64,000 nt of DNA. Source: Eledone cirrhosa (taxonomy: Eukaryota). The stretch lies in NCBI GenBank assembly GCA_964016885.1, contig OZ024740.1, positions 76,136,001 to 76,200,000 on the forward strand, written 5' to 3'. Below are positions 43,419-57,189 of the stretch, one piece after another. Each line of letters opens with the position of its first letter. Position 1 is the stretch's first letter. The position numbers and the translations under genes are program-made. The notes below the pieces were generated by a model, which searched no databases, had not been told where the DNA came from, and was given only the letters and a program-made list of their open reading frames with translations.

Positions 43419-43484
43419 CAGCCCCTCCTTTCTCTGTCCACTACGGCTGGTGTAACATATTTTGTTATTGTTCTTCTTTTCCAG

Positions 43485-43552
43485 AGATTCCAACCGAGGT
43501 GAGAGTTCATCTTTACATCTATAGTATTGACTCCATATCTGAGTCAGCAATG
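43485..43552 (+). CDS. Cys-loop channel exon: EIPTEVRVHLYIYSIDSISESAM (beta1-beta2)
   Basis: Polypyrimidine tract + ccag acceptor and gtaagt donor. The 68 bp size and phase match the corresponding exon of GlyR/GABA-A genes. Aligns to GlyR [22 protein letters not shown]. Confidence 0.93.
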
Positions 43553-44609
43553 GTAAGTTATTTCAACATTCGCGTCTATTACGATTCAGATTCCTTGCAC
43601 TGAAAGCACCACTTACTGAGCATCTTGCTAAATATTTATTTTTTAAAACTGTTTATTCTCGTAGGGAAGGGCAAAATACATGATCCTTTTCAGGGGCACC
43701 GAGACTGGTAGAAGGAAAGTTTTTTCAAACCGGATACCAGGCTCAAATATCTGCAGCAGAATGGTCGGCCAGTTCATGAAATTAGCGTGAAAGTGGCCGA
43801 GTATTCTAAAGATATATGCATTCTTGGCAATTCTCAGAGAGGTCCGGCATGACATGGTGTACCAAGTCCGGGCCTTCAAATTACAGAATTAATTTTGCCG
43901 GCGGACTCCTAAATAGTTTCTATCGACAAAGAATCTTTTCACTATTCGGCCATGCTTTCATCTACGTCAAATATAGTATTTGGCCGATACACTTCACACT
44001 TTATTTGGCCGACGAGATCAAATTAGATCGAAACATGTCTGGGGTTACCATCGCATTTGCCAAAGACCAATTCATATTAATATTATACTTCGATTTATAC
44101 TTTCCATCTGTTCATTGCATAGCTGGTTATAATTTTCATTGATTTAATTTTGACTATTTACTCTTCTTTGCCTTAACTAGATCTTGTTGACATTAGTTTT
44201 TGAGGCTAGGCTTCTCATTCATTAAAATAAAGGTAATTCTAATTAACAGTAATGTCTTGCTCACTATATTCAGTGAGTTAACACTAAAGAAAAGCTATCG
44301 TATAGCGAGGATGATATTATCCCATATGTTCTTTTCTAAATTGTAACTTCACGGAGATTTGTCTACTATTTCTAGCAGGTCAGATAACCATATTGTGGCT
44401 CTCTTTTAGTCAATGTTGTTGGTGCTATTTACCTCAAAGATACAGTGTAGTATGGAAGTAGAGTATATTCTCATTGTTTGGCTTCACATCAGCACTGATA
44501 AAACATACTTATGATCCAAGAAGTTCTAGAAATGACCATCCTGTTTTTTAAATGTCAAACATATTGTAGACTTAGGATACATTATCCAATAATTCCTTCC
44601 TTGTTAATG

Positions 44610-45440
44610 TTAGTCCTGATCCAGCAGACCAATAATCAAAGAGATTCCAGTTATAAAACTATACATTTGTGGGACCTTCTCTCTTACAGAGCTGAGGACG
44701 ACATCGCTGCTGACGGAGTTGAAAGCGTTTTTAAGGTCAAGTTTGAGGATGACCTTGAGGGACAAGGAGGGCAAGTAGGTAAAGGCTCTGGTAGCGTGGG
44801 GCAGCAGCCTCACATCCCAACTTGGTACCCACTTCTAGTTGGATGGGGGAAAATTCCTACGCCAGTGAGTCAGAGACCGATAGCAACACACCTTTGCAGT
44901 GAGACAGCGAAGGGTGCTACCAACCGCAATGGGGCGCAAGTCTCCGTTGGGTTTAGTGAAAACGAATAATTTCGCACCGAAGAACAGTGGGCGGATATAG
45001 GGGAGAACGTTCACTGAAGAGAACTGATTCACAAACTGAGTCAGACTCTCCAAGAGCTTGAGTCCGGTGTCACCGGCCGATAAGGAGATACCATCCTTGA
45101 GGTGTTGAGGTCGAAGGCCGTCAATCCCCGCGCCTGAACCAGCAGAGAAGGATGAAATCGCCTTTCTGATGATATCAGTGGTGTAAACCGGTCTCGAGTA
45201 TTCTGGTGATTCGGGCCAGTGTAGCTGATGATCTGGGGTTGCCGATGGGTGCTTCTCTTTCAGTTGCTCAAGAGAATCAGAGTAGCACGGAGCAAGGGAG
45301 GACAGAGAAGAGAGGAGACGGACAGCCCCTTTAATGTCAAATTCGCTGAATTTGGCATTAACCGCTCGCTGGGGGTTTATCGGCTGCCTGTTGGTAGGCA
45401 ACGATGTCAAATTGAGGTGAGAAGTGGTTGGGGTGGACTC
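44610..45440 (-). mobile_element. CRE-clade non-LTR retrotransposon RT fragment
   Basis: DIKGAVRLLSS...GAGIDGLRPQHLKD...LRPIAVGSTLRCL...KLDLKNAFNSV; frameshifted and bounded by a SINE at 45441. Confidence 0.8.
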
Positions 45441-45600
45441 AGTTTCTACTTTTGGCACAAGGCCAGCAATTATCTCGGTGCATTACTGGTACTTTATTTT
45501 ATTGATCCCGTAAGGATGAATGGCAAAGTTAACATCGGTGGGACTTGAACTCAGAACATAAAGCATGGTATCTGACGCTCTATTGATACTGTAATCCACC
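45441..45600 (-). mobile_element. tRNA-derived SINE
   Basis: Main family, internally deleted. Confidence 0.8.
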
Positions 45601-46414
45601 GATGCGGATTAGCAGTATCAATAGAGTAACAAAAGTAACAATAATTATAACTGTATATTCTCTTAGAAAAAAAAAAGGCGCACTGGATAACTTACTGAAA
45701 TAATATAATGGCCGGATATTCACACCTGAGACACTTTTTATCGGTGATCTACTCTAATGGAGAAAGCCAATGATTAAAACAACAGCAGCAATAACGACGA
45801 CGTCAACAATATCAATGATAACAAAATGAACATTAATGATGACGAAAACAACATTAATGATGACAAAAACAACATCACTGACGACGACAACAATGACACT
45901 GATGACAACGACGAAAACAACATCACAGGTGACAAGAACGCGTAGCGAAAGAAATGTTCCTGCGGTTCCTCTCACTGACTTGGCCAATAAAAATCGACCT
46001 TTGAGCACACCTAGAGAAAAACACATGAAGAATCCGGATGCTAGGTTTAACGACACCACGGAAGGAGAAGATAACGGGATGCCATAGGTCAATATAAATA
46101 GGCTGTCCTGAAACCAGGGGACAGAGAGAATTTTCTATCACCAAAAGAAAACGTCACCTACTCTTGTCACTGGGCGAGGACTACTATCTTGCTGCTACGA
46201 CTAACGAACGACATCTTGCCACTCGCTATTTCAGCGTAACAAAATAACAGCAAAAACACTGTCAATCTTTATAACTTGTAGTAACTTATTCTTTCTTCCT
46301 TTATTCACTGAAGTGAAGTAAATTTTATATGAAAACGAAACCATCTATTTTGTCGTGTTATTTCACCTCTAACAACACTTGCTAACTTTGCTTCGCTTCA
46401 ATTGGTGACCCCGA

Positions 46415-46890
46415 CGTGATGAGGACAACATTACAGCTGACGACAACAACACTGGTGACGTAAACAACATTAGTGATGACGACACCATCACTGGTGATGA
46501 CAACACTGGTGATGACAACACTGGTGACATTAACAACATTACAGCTGACGACAACAACACTGGTGACGACAACATTAGTGATGACGACACCATCACTGGT
46601 GGCGATAACATTAGTGATGACGATACCATCACTGGTGACGACAACATCAATGGTGACGTTAACAACATTAGTGATGACAACACCATCACTAGTGACGACA
46701 AGAACACTGGTGACGTTAACAACAATAGTGATGACGACACCATCACTGGTGAGTACATTACTGATGACGGCAACAATGATGATGATGACGATAACAACAC
46801 CAATGATGTCGACAATGATGACGACAACAACAACATTGATGATGGCGACTACACCAACGACTATGATGACAACAACGATAATGATGACTT
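46415..46890. repeat. Imperfect minisatellite (aacaacattagtgatgacgacaccatcactggtgac)
   Basis: Mixed 15-21 bp subunits repeated; explains the S/L- and T/M-rich ORFs. Confidence 0.8.
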
Positions 46891-47019
46891 GTAATATTTG
46901 TTGTTGCTCTCTTCACTTTGAGTTCAAATCCCGCCGATGTTAACGTTGTCTTTCACCGTTTCGGAGGCGATAAATTAAAGTATCAGTCTAGAGTGGTAGA
47001 TTGGTTTGAACTATTAGAA

Positions 47020-47382
47020 CAGAGACGTGCAACAGGTGGCTCGCGGGCCGCAATCTGGCCCGCCAGACCAGTCAGTGTGGCCCGCGATGACCGTTTTTAA
47101 TTTTTACCTTGTAGGCTTATATAGAATTTTCTGTTAGTTGACCTGTACTAAAGGGCTTCACTGATAGGGTTATGTGTGTTATAATTCCCCAGTTGACCTA
47201 TACTAAAGGGCTTCACTGATAGGGTTATGTGTGTTATAATTTCCAGTTCCATGTTATGGAAAGAAGTTGTGGTGAATCTTTGGTGGTTTTCATTATATTA
47301 CATATTTTTGACAGTGACTGACCCTAATAGTTGTTCCAATGTTCAAAAGTGACCCGCCAATGGAATATGTTGCACACCCCTG
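47020..47382. mobile_element. hAT MITE with perfect 8 bp target-site duplication
   Basis: TATTAGAA at 47012-47019 and 47383-47390; TIRs CAGagacGTGCAACA / TGTTGCACacccCTG; internal tandem duplication of about 55 bp. Confidence 0.9.
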
Positions 47383-47733
47383 TATTAGAACGTCAGATGA
47401 GGTGCCTTGCGGTATTTGTGTCTACTGTTGTGTTATGAGCAGTAATTCCGCTGTGAATTATTTCGGTGACCAACTTTATTCAACACTTGGTTTAACACCA
47501 CTATCTGAATCTTTGTTGTTTGTATGTTAAAAACATTCGGATTAAATCTCAAGTTGGAGGATACATTTCTTTTCCTTCCTTCCTGCAGTTTTGGATGTCT
47601 TCAAAAGTTCATGGACACTACCCTTCCCTCCCAGACTAACAGTAATAAGAAAACCTAACTCAATTTAACTTAACCTCTTATTTCATGAAATAAAACATTA
47701 TAATCAAATGTTCTGTTTCTTCTCTTCTGGCAG

Positions 47734-47960
47734 GATTACACAATGACATTTATCCTCACACAGATATGGAATGATCCTCGTTTAGACTATTCTATCTACC
47801 TCGAAGACCAGTTTCTGGAATTGAACACCAAATTTATAGAGAAACTTTGGGTACCTGATTTATATTTTGCTAATGAGAAACATGCTTCTTTTCACCTGGT
47901 TACGATGCCCAACAAGATGGTTCACCTCTACAAGAATGGTACAATAAAGTATCGTGTCAG
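47734..47960 (+). CDS. Cys-loop channel exon: loops D, A and E (DYTMTFILTQIWNDPRL...LWVPDLYFANEK...NGTIKYRVR)
   Basis: ggcag acceptor and AG/gt donor; 227 bp. WNDPRL and WxPDLyFANEK are signatures of the anion-channel branch of Cys-loop receptors. Confidence 0.96.
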
Positions 47961-48879
47961 GTGTGTGAGTCTCAATATTTCTCTTATACATTGTAAAACC
48001 ACCTCTAATTTTTCTTTTACAGCTTAGACGGGGAGGGAAGCTCAGCACATATAACCCTTTATCTTTTCAGGGACTGATACTACTGGCACGAAGGGAGGGC
48101 GTATCTTCAAAATACAAACCTGGCTTGAGTGAATTCCGTTGAAGACAGCCTCTAACAGGTAATGGTGTGGAACAGAGTGACAGATGAAGTCTACCACCCA
48201 AGAACTCAGAACGTAAAGTGGCAGAACATATACAGCCAGTCACCGCAACTAGTAACTCTAGTAACTCTGCCAACCCACTGCTCTGGACTGGGACTTTATT
48301 TTAGCGGCCTCAAAGGGATAAAAAATAAAGATGTTCACAGAAGGATTTCGACGCAGCGCTGATTTCCAGAACAAATGTATAAAAATTCATTTCGTAATCA
48401 CGAAGCCTTGTTTTTGTCGATCCATCAGCGCAACAACTTTAACAAGGGTGTCTACTACACCTTTAGGTCAGAGCAAACATTGTCACTGAAATTGGGTAGA
48501 CAAATCAAGGTGGAAGCGTGTAAACCCACCAATTTGTCTGTATTTGGAATTAAAAGGGTTATGTCACAGGGTTATGTTGAGTCTGCCCGAAGAATATTTC
48601 AAGAAATATACATGTCTGAGAAATATACATACATACATAAACACATACGTACATATATATAACCATACATACACACTACATACATACATACATACATACA
48701 TTGGTAATCACTATTAGGATCTGAAGGTATAAAGGGTGGATGGTTGGGAAGTAAACCATTGTCTTTATTCAGATTACTAGGGGTAGCAGTTTTAGTCTTA
48801 ACGAACTTATTACTATGACAGAAATAGTTAGAGTTTGAGGGTTTATAAATATCCTTCTGATTCTTATATTCATTATTTT

Positions 48880-49147
48880 TAGGGTGGTGGATTGGCAGTA
48901 TCAGTAGAGGGTCGGACGCCATGCTTTCCAGCATAGTTACGTCCCTTTACGATCTGAGTTCAAATCCCGCCGAGGTTGACTTTGCCTTTCATCCTTACGG
49001 GGTCGATAAAATAAAGTACCAGTAATGCACTGGGTATTTGTTGGCCTTGTGCCTAAAGTAGAGACAATTATTTTTAGGGTGGTGGATTGGCAGTATCGGT
49101 AGAGCGTCAGACACCATGGCCTTGTGCCTAAAGTAGAAACAATTATT
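48880..49147 (+). mobile_element. tRNA-derived SINE plus a partial tandem copy
   Basis: Full head agggtggtggattggcagtatc, B-box and tail; second internally deleted unit from about 49076. Confidence 0.85.
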
Positions 49148-49239
49148 AGAAGTTTTAATTTTAGCCCTTATATTCTACTATGGCACATCTAGCAGCAAAA
49201 ACAATGATACTTAGTCGTGTTCAATATATATAATATTGT

Positions 49240-50295
49240 TATATACTTTTCAAAGCCGTACGAGAATCATTCTGTCATTATCATAACAGAAATCCGACGA
49301 GTGTTTGATTCCAGAGTCGGGCCAGATCGATACAGATCGAGCCTTGAGCTGATCAATCGCTGCCCTCTACCAGACATTCACTCCCCTCTACCAGGCGGGC
49401 ATTGCGGTTAGTGGAATTTCCATTCTTGAGTTTTATAGAGGGTTAGTGGTGGGCACACTCGGAGAGGCTCTGGGCGTCGACGAAGTCGAACTAACCAATC
49501 TGTTCCGGAGGACTTTCGAGCCGGGGGACGATGGATAACTTCCAGAAATCCCTTGCTTGGCAGTGCTACTGGGGGGGGGGGGGGGCACTGCCAGTTCGAG
49601 ATAAACTCTGCTGGCATGGAAGTGCTATCAGACGGACCTGGCAGAGATGCGCGCAGAGCGACGAAACCGTTCTGCACGAACTCGTCCAGTGTCCGTGCAT
49701 TACTGACTTGTGGAGTTATGGCGAACCACTGTTGTCGCGTGTAGAACGGATCCGGCTATATGCCGAGTCCATAAGGGAAGATCGACCCGCTGCCTTCTTT
49801 TGGCCAGGAAGAGCAGACAATTTCCCTCTGTCTGGTGGCAGTAGCGAAAGAGGTTATATGGTGGATCATATTGAAAGGACTGAAGACAGATACTTTTCTC
49901 TTCGGCCAATCCCTCATCAACTTTTTCAAATTTCATTTGGAAAGGAAGGTGAGGGTGGAGAGAGAAGAGCTGCCACCCCCCCCCCCCCCCCAGCACATTT
50001 GCTGAAAGGTGGGTGAATGTGGCGAGAATGGCCCGTATGAGTGGGCGTTCTCTGGTGAATTTAAGGAGAGGAGGCCCTTCCTGAGTGCCCTCGAAGCGTC
50101 GGGTGGTTCAGGATTGGTGGGGTACCTGAGTCAACCATGGGTGGTTATCTTCCCTATTGGGGAATTTTCATTGTTGTATTTTTTTTTTGTTAATTGTTAT
50201 TGTTTTCCTATTTTGTACTCAATTTTTGTGTAAAACCCCTACTGTCCCTGTCTACTGTATTGTCTCCTATATGTCGGCCCCTGTGGCCAATAATT
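49240..50295 (+). mobile_element. L1/Tx1-clade LINE 3' end (zinc-finger region), degenerate
   Basis: ALPVRDKL...RCAQSDETVLHELVQC resembles the C-terminal CCHC region; the 3' UTR ends ctgtggccaataa. Confidence 0.7.
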
Positions 50296-50312
50296 GAAAA
50301 CCATTATTATTG

Positions 50313-50392
<80 letters not shown>

Positions 50393-50399
50393 GTTATTA

Positions 50400-50936
50400 C
50401 TCCTTGAGTCTCAGTCATTGATGTTAGTTAACTGGAAAGTTTGTTGGAATGAATATCAAGCCAATACCTGCAGCCTCAGATATTCAGGACGTATCGGAGG
50501 GTTCTTGCTGTTCCCAGCAAGCATGCCTTTTGAAGCGTTCCAAAAAGCGTGAAGGGGCCGATTTTCTTTAACCATCCCTGGAAACTTTTGGAGATAGTCC
50601 CCAGTGCGCCTATGACAATCGGGATCACTTTGACTTCATGGCAGTTCCAAATCCTTTTTACCTCCCACTTTAAGTGCTGGTATCGGTTAATTTTCTCTCT
50701 CTCCTTCTCTTGCACTCTCGTGTCGAATGGGCAGGCCACATCCACAATCAGGCACGATCTTTTTTTCTTTGTCCACAACCACCAGGTCAGGTCTATTGTG
50801 TTCCAGTTTCTTGTCCGTCTGTATCCTAAAATCCCACAGCACCTTCACCTGATCGTTTTCTATCACCGCCTCTGGCTTATGCTCATACCATTTCTCAGAA
50901 TGTGGTAAATTGTTTACTTTGCACAGGTGCCAGTGG

Positions 50937-50937
<1 letters not shown>
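50400..50937 (-). mobile_element. Dong/R4-like REL LINE 3' fragment inserted in (TAA)n
   Basis: HWHLCK...KWYEHKPEAVIEND..KVLWDF.IQTDK..HNRPDLVV...DVACPFD..KEREKINRY; (TAA)n on both sides. Confidence 0.9.
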
Positions 50938-50993
<56 letters not shown>

Positions 50994-51118
50994 AGTATTA
51001 TTAGTATATATAAAGCACCAGTAATGCACTGGGGTGGATTTAATCGACGTTCCCCTCCCCCCAAATTGGTGGCCTTGTGCCTAAAGTAGAAATAATTATT
51101 ATTGGTATATATATATAG

Positions 51119-51178
<60 letters not shown>

Positions 51179-51196
51179 TTATATATATATTATATT

Positions 51197-51271
<75 letters not shown>

Positions 51272-51310
51272 ATATATATATATATGTGTGTATATATATA
51301 TATATGTATA

Positions 51311-51379
<69 letters not shown>

Positions 51380-51380
51380 G

Positions 51381-51411
<31 letters not shown>

Positions 51412-51430
51412 GTATATATATGTATATATG

Positions 51431-51461
<31 letters not shown>

Positions 51462-51466
51462 GTATA

Positions 51467-51537
<71 letters not shown>

Positions 51538-51542
<5 letters not shown>

Positions 51543-52186
51543 CTTGCTCAGGTTGTCGAGAACAATACATAGGCCAGACTAAGAACAGCCTCCACCAACG
51601 CATGACTGTCCATAGATCCCAAATCAAAATACGGGAATAGAGAAAAATACCTCTACAAATTTAAAGATAATGCCACCCACACCCAGGGCATCAGCAAGGA
51701 ATCTCACTTTATTAACAAATACCGACCCCGTCTAAACACTTCTCCCTAAGACGAACCCACAACATACACACGTCCACATACATACCTACATCAACATACA
51801 TCCTATATCCATTTCTATCCACAAGTATCCCATACCGCAGGGCCTAATGGATTCCCTTGCAGTACGTACAATCTCGACACACTCACACACACCTTGGTGT
51901 TATAACAATAGTATACATCATTTCACCTCTTTTATTATTGAACATTCACGTGACTTCTATCGACCAATCAAAATTATAGTGCTTATTCACGTGACATTCA
52001 ACAACCAACCAAATCACGAACGCTCTATCTGAAAATTATTTTTGAAAAGCATTTGAAATGCGCAACCGGTAAAAAACTAAAAACTAACACTGAATACTAA
52101 CCATTACTTATTACTAATTTATACTTATTCCTAATTAAACTATTTTTCACTGGAAAAAATCTGTCAGCATTTTCTTTTCCTTTTTA

Positions 52187-52190
<4 letters not shown>
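51538..52190 (+). mobile_element. Penelope-like 3' fragment
   Basis: [27 protein letters not shown] (YIG half of GIY-YIG) starts right after a (TA)n array. Decayed hammerhead-like CTGAAAA...GAAAtgcgca near 52030. Confidence 0.75.
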
Positions 52191-52265
<75 letters not shown>

Positions 52266-52799
52266 AATTCACCAATAACAACAACCTGCGTGCCGCACTA
52301 GTAAGGCACTTTCAGCAGATTGGATCCCACATTTGAAATCTCTAACAATTAGCCTCGACTAGCTAATAACTGACTTATGGCTTCATGTAAATTGAAAGGA
52401 TGACACGGAGTATATCAATAACTGGATATGTCTTTTGATTATGCATCTACTATTGTGATTAACACATTTATATAGTTTCTTAATATGAAATGACACACTA
52501 GGAAAAATTATAAATTTTCTCTAGCTGACACGAATGAATGAATGTATATGAGCATGTGTATATGTATGTACGCATGTACTTACAGGAATGGACACGTGGC
52601 TGTATCTATATGTGCATATATATATATATATATACATATGAGTGCTTGTGTGACCAAGTATAAATATCTATACCCAGGTGCATTGTCCATCTGTATGTGT
52701 GCCTATATGAGTTTGCTTGTATTATTATGTGCATCGATCGAAGAGTGCGTTTATATACGCGTGTACATCTATACAGAAAGCCACGTATGTACAAATGTG

Positions 52800-52878
<79 letters not shown>

Positions 52879-53330
52879 CCCCTTCGTGATTAATGCTAAT
52901 TACCACACCTGGCATCTGTTTCAACAATCAATGCTTTCACGTAAATTGGATGTTCAGAGTTAAAAAATATGGTTTACTGGTGACATCTGTTTGTTATTGG
53001 AGTAATAAGCAGATTGTTTGTATTAAGAAATTAATCGAAGTTTCAGTTTAACATATTTTATTCGCAATGGATCAACTCCGAGTTGTAATCGGTTACAATC
53101 AACTCGACATTAAAGTCAATTTGCTCAGCAGACACAATGGCGATTAGAATCGGAAAGATGACCACATTCCGTTAATAATCTCCATTGGGTCTGATGTGAA
53201 AATCGATCCTAGATTCCACCCGACTGTAACAAAATAATTTCACATTTGTGAAACACGTATTACACGAGATTACGAATAATATGTTGACCTGAAACCTCAA
53301 TCTCTTTCTTAAAATAAATATATATATATA

Positions 53331-53474
53331 TATTTCTGAAGACGGCGTATATATGTGTTGGTATGTATATTTAATCTTGATAGTTTGTATAATTTTGTAT
53401 AATTTTGTACATAGATCTGTTGAATATGCATGCCAATTCTAACACATATATATCCTAGAAACGATCGTTAAATA
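53331..53474 (+). ncRNA. Hammerhead-like motif with very long stem II
   Basis: TATTT-CTGAAGA-cgg...tatatatgtgttgg...ctaacacatatata-tccta-GAAA-CGATCG-TT-AAATA; related 3' half at 26140-26256. Confidence 0.55.
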
Positions 53475-53533
53475 ATGAACTTTTTTTGTTTAATATAAGG
53501 AACTGTTTCATTGTTTTATTCATTATTTGTTTA

Positions 53534-53599
<66 letters not shown>

Positions 53600-53605
<6 letters not shown>

Positions 53606-54718
53606 TATTAAAATAACAGATTAAATTTTAAGCAAAGACTCGCTGCTTTCACCCTTAACGGGATCTTCTGAAACTAACAAAGTCAATCTGTAAACGCAGA
53701 ACTGGATATTTCAAAAAACGTTGCAACCGGAGGAAGACAGGAAGACGATACTTCGGTTCGTGGTAACGTTCGCTGGCAAAGAACGAAAAAACGAAGATAA
53801 TAAGTCATATGTGGAGCGTGGAGAACAATAGCACTCAAAAACAAAACCACGTAAATGGTATAGCAGAAGTCGTAGAGTAAAATTCTAACTAGGAGACCAA
53901 ATGAATCTCCGCTACAGAGTTAAGAACAAAGTAAATAAATACAATACAGAAGTAATAGAAACAAATAAATACATACACGCAAACAGATACGTACATACAC
54001 AAGCATACGCAAGACCTCACCATTGGTATACAAAACCACGCACATATAAATATGTGTGTGTGTATGCTTGTGTACAAATAAATAAATAATTATATAAACG
54101 TATATAAGGAAATAAATACGTATATAACAAGCGCACACGCATACCTACATATAAATACACGAATGTTCGGAGACGTAAGTCAACTAAAACAAGAAGTACA
54201 CATATACACCCACCCACCATACGTACGAACCTGCATACTCACGCAGATGCAAAACTCCCGTATACACATACCCAAACCCTAAATACCAGAAAATGTAAAA
54301 ATTATACGCCATAACAGTCAAATATACGTACGAGAAGGTATACATACCTTCACAAAACCTACGGGTAATATATACTTACCTATGCAAATAAGTAAAGGAA
54401 TAAACAAAACATATACTTAGCTCCCACATCAAGACGTAAAATATCCACGTAGAGATCGTGCTATCCGTTAGGGTATAACGTGGGGCTGTAATACAGGAAA
54501 GTTTTGTGCAATTTATGTTTACAAGCCGAAATTGCCTCAGATTTTCTGTTTAAGATGTGGTCTGTGGCGTAGAGTATTTCCATGGCCTCAGCGGCGCAGA
54601 GGTCAGATGGTCTTTTATTTCCATTATACGATCTAGCCCTAGCTAGGATCTCCCAGTGTAACTTATATTGGGTGTGGTTGTCTTTTAGACTCAGATATAA
54701 GCTGAAAGTGACGTCATA
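53600..54718 (-). mobile_element. Penelope-like 3' fragment
   Basis: Minus frame LSAYI*VLKDNHTQYKLHWEILARARSY...DLCAAEAMEIL...LNRKSEAISACKHK. Core-mutated hammerhead at about 53627-53673 (CAGAAGA-tCCC(gttaa)GGGt-GAAA-GCA..TGC-TT). Confidence 0.75.
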
Positions 54719-54812
54719 TTCCTATGGAAAAGGTAAACAGAAATAACAACCCAATCGGTACAGTATATGGAAGGGATATATTAGGTTAACACTTGATATA
54801 GCAGGAAGAGCG

Positions 54813-54848
54813 TCTTAACGTTTCGCACGCTATTCCTTCATCAGAAGA
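54813..54848 (-). ncRNA. Minimal hammerhead-like motif
   Basis: TCTT-CTGATGA-aggaatagcgtgc-GAAA-CG-TT-AAGA; stem II weak. Confidence 0.5.
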
Positions 54849-54969
54849 AAGAATGAGAAATAAGATAGATTGAGGGGACGGGCGGGATGGAATTGGAAAA
54901 CATGTCTTTAGTTAAACATAACAGGTCCATTCATGTTGACATTCGATCGAAGACTGCGTTAATATACGC

Positions 54970-55017
<48 letters not shown>

Positions 55018-55021
55018 TTCT

Positions 55022-55219
55022 AACGAAGGAGTTGTGGTAAGGAACCAGATGGACCATAACGCACTAGAGTACTCAATCCTTAGGGTAGTAGAGTGGGTAA
55101 TAGGAAAATGTATGACCCCCGACGGCAGAGCTCAAGCCATTTCGACGGCTATTTCTGGACGTCCAGAAATAGCCGTCGAAACGGCTTGAGCTCTGCCGTC
55201 GGGGTCATACATTTTCCTA
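55022..55219 (-). mobile_element. Short PLE-end-like repeat with fold-back, copy 3
   Basis: Body as at 21687; near-perfect palindrome 55101-55219 centred on GGACGTCC. Confidence 0.75.
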
Positions 55220-55311
55220 AATATACATCTATACAGAAAGCCGCGTATGTATATATGTATCACATCATCCTGGAAAACTCTAGCCAGAATCTCAAAAACT
55301 CTGTCATCCTG

Positions 55312-56105
55312 TCAAGTGTGATGATTTAGGCTCTGGTGTTGGTATAGAGCAGTGATATCAGGTCCACAATAATCTTGTAAGATATTCATCAGGCAGTCTC
55401 GGTTCATAGGATCAAAGGCCTTCCTGAAGCCAATGAAAACCATGACAGCAGGAAGGCTCTTTGCTCTAGCCCCCTCTAGAATTCTCCTCAGCACCAAGAT
55501 GTGACAGGTGATTGATTTTTCCTTCTCTGAAGCCGTTCTGGTTGTCCCTGAGTTTCTCCACCTCGGACTGAATCCGGTTAAGAATCTTCCTGTTGAGGGT
55601 CTTTGCCACAAGTGACGTCAGTGAGATGCCCCTGTACATGTTGGTGCCAGAGAGATCTCCTTTCTTTACTACTGGGATCGTGTTACTGACTCTATACTTA
55701 TTCGGGGCTACTCCCTTCTCCAGTGCCTGGTTACAGAACTCAAAGATGATATCATCAAAATCACATCTCTTCCTCACCTCTGATGCCGTTCCATCTTTTC
55801 CGTGGCCCTTTCCCTTCTAGATCTTCTTTTTGGCTCTCTGAAGTTCCTCTCTTGCGAAGGGTCTGTCTCAATATCCAGTTCACCGAACAGCTGTCTGATC
55901 TACCCGATGTTCTGGAATGTGGAACTTGGCCTTCCTAGTAGGATCTTAAAATGGTCCAGCACTTCCTCTTCCAATCCTTGGGCCCTGTTTCCCGGACCTG
56001 ACTCGAACTCTGGGTCTTCATCCCTGTGATTTCGTTGATCACCGTTCAGCTCTCTTTACTCTTCCACCTGTCCACCGCTCTCTGTACACTCCTGATCATC
56101 TCCAT
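55312..56105 (-). mobile_element. RTE-like LINE RT fragment
   Basis: IPVVKKGDLS..MYRGISLTS..AKTLNRKILNRI...LRDNQNGFREG, HILVLRRILEG...FIGFRKAFD; frameshifted. Confidence 0.85.
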
Positions 56106-56469
56106 CAGTACCTCTTCTTTAGTCTCGGTGTAAGCGTAGAATCAATGAATGAATTTGTATCAACAGTGAAAAGCAGAGAAAACAAAAGTGGCGAATAGTT
56201 TTTGAATAGGTTAACGTTTGTCTGCAATGGAAAAATGTGTGATGAACGTATCAGACTTGGATCCTTCATCTGGTAAGAAATGAGAGGGGAGAACATTTAG
56301 GAAACGCAGAGACAGAAGATATTAGATTTTGGAAAATATGCAAGTAGCAGTCATCAGGAAGAGTGTTGTCATGGGTGTATAGTTGAGAATGGAGTATAAT
56401 CTTGCATGTGGGTATGTATGTAGTAGATGTGGCAGAGCGTCCGGATTTATTAATGGCGCTGCTGCTGCT

Positions 56470-56596
<127 letters not shown>

Positions 56597-56913
56597 TGTG
56601 ATGTTGAAGTGCATCGTCTGAGAGTATTCCTGTCTTGAAGTTTTGTGTCAATCAAACTGTGTGCGTATATGTCTGTATGCCATGTATGTGTGTTTCTGTA
56701 CTATGTAAATGGCGTTTAGAGAGTGTGCGAGTCGGTTTATGTGTTGTCTGTGTGTGTCAGTCCTAGCATATAAATATTCATACAGAATGGGTACTATTAA
56801 GATTTCATAGTTACTTTATGTCATAACCATGATGATTATCATTATCCCAATCAAGCTACTAATATATCCTATGATTGTATTAAAATACCAAATTGATGAC
56901 TCTTTTTTCACAG

Positions 56914-56996
56914 GCTAACTATTACAGGGGCTTGTCCTATGCATCTGCAGAACTTCCCTCTTGACACGCAAGTTTGTTCCATTGTTATAAAAAGCT
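56914..56996 (+). CDS. Cys-loop channel exon: the Cys-loop itself, (R)LTITGACPMHLQNFPLDTQVCSIVIKS
   Basis: tttttcacag acceptor and gtaagt donor; 83 bp as in GlyR/GABA-A genes. C-x13-C with FPxD; phase matches the upstream exon (AG+G = R). Too short for the ORF track. Confidence 0.96.
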
Positions 56997-57189
56997 GTAA
57001 GTACTTTCTTCAACCAATACCCTATATATACACATAAACATAACAGACCAATAGTGAAGTACGTAGATGATCTAGTATCTCAAGCCAAGAGGAGAGAGAA
57101 TCTACATGTTCTGGTCGCTCGAACCACGATGGTGTCCTAAAATATATTTGGTTGGTCGGGCCCTGATGAGGGCCGACTATAGTCATGAA

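Noticed and set aside
46369-46943. Mucin-like or repetitive protein ORFs
   Set aside because: Intronic minisatellite open in several frames with no splice signals.
48880-48975. Functional tRNA gene
   Set aside because: The A/B boxes belong to a SINE head repeated about 10 times with a common non-tRNA tail.
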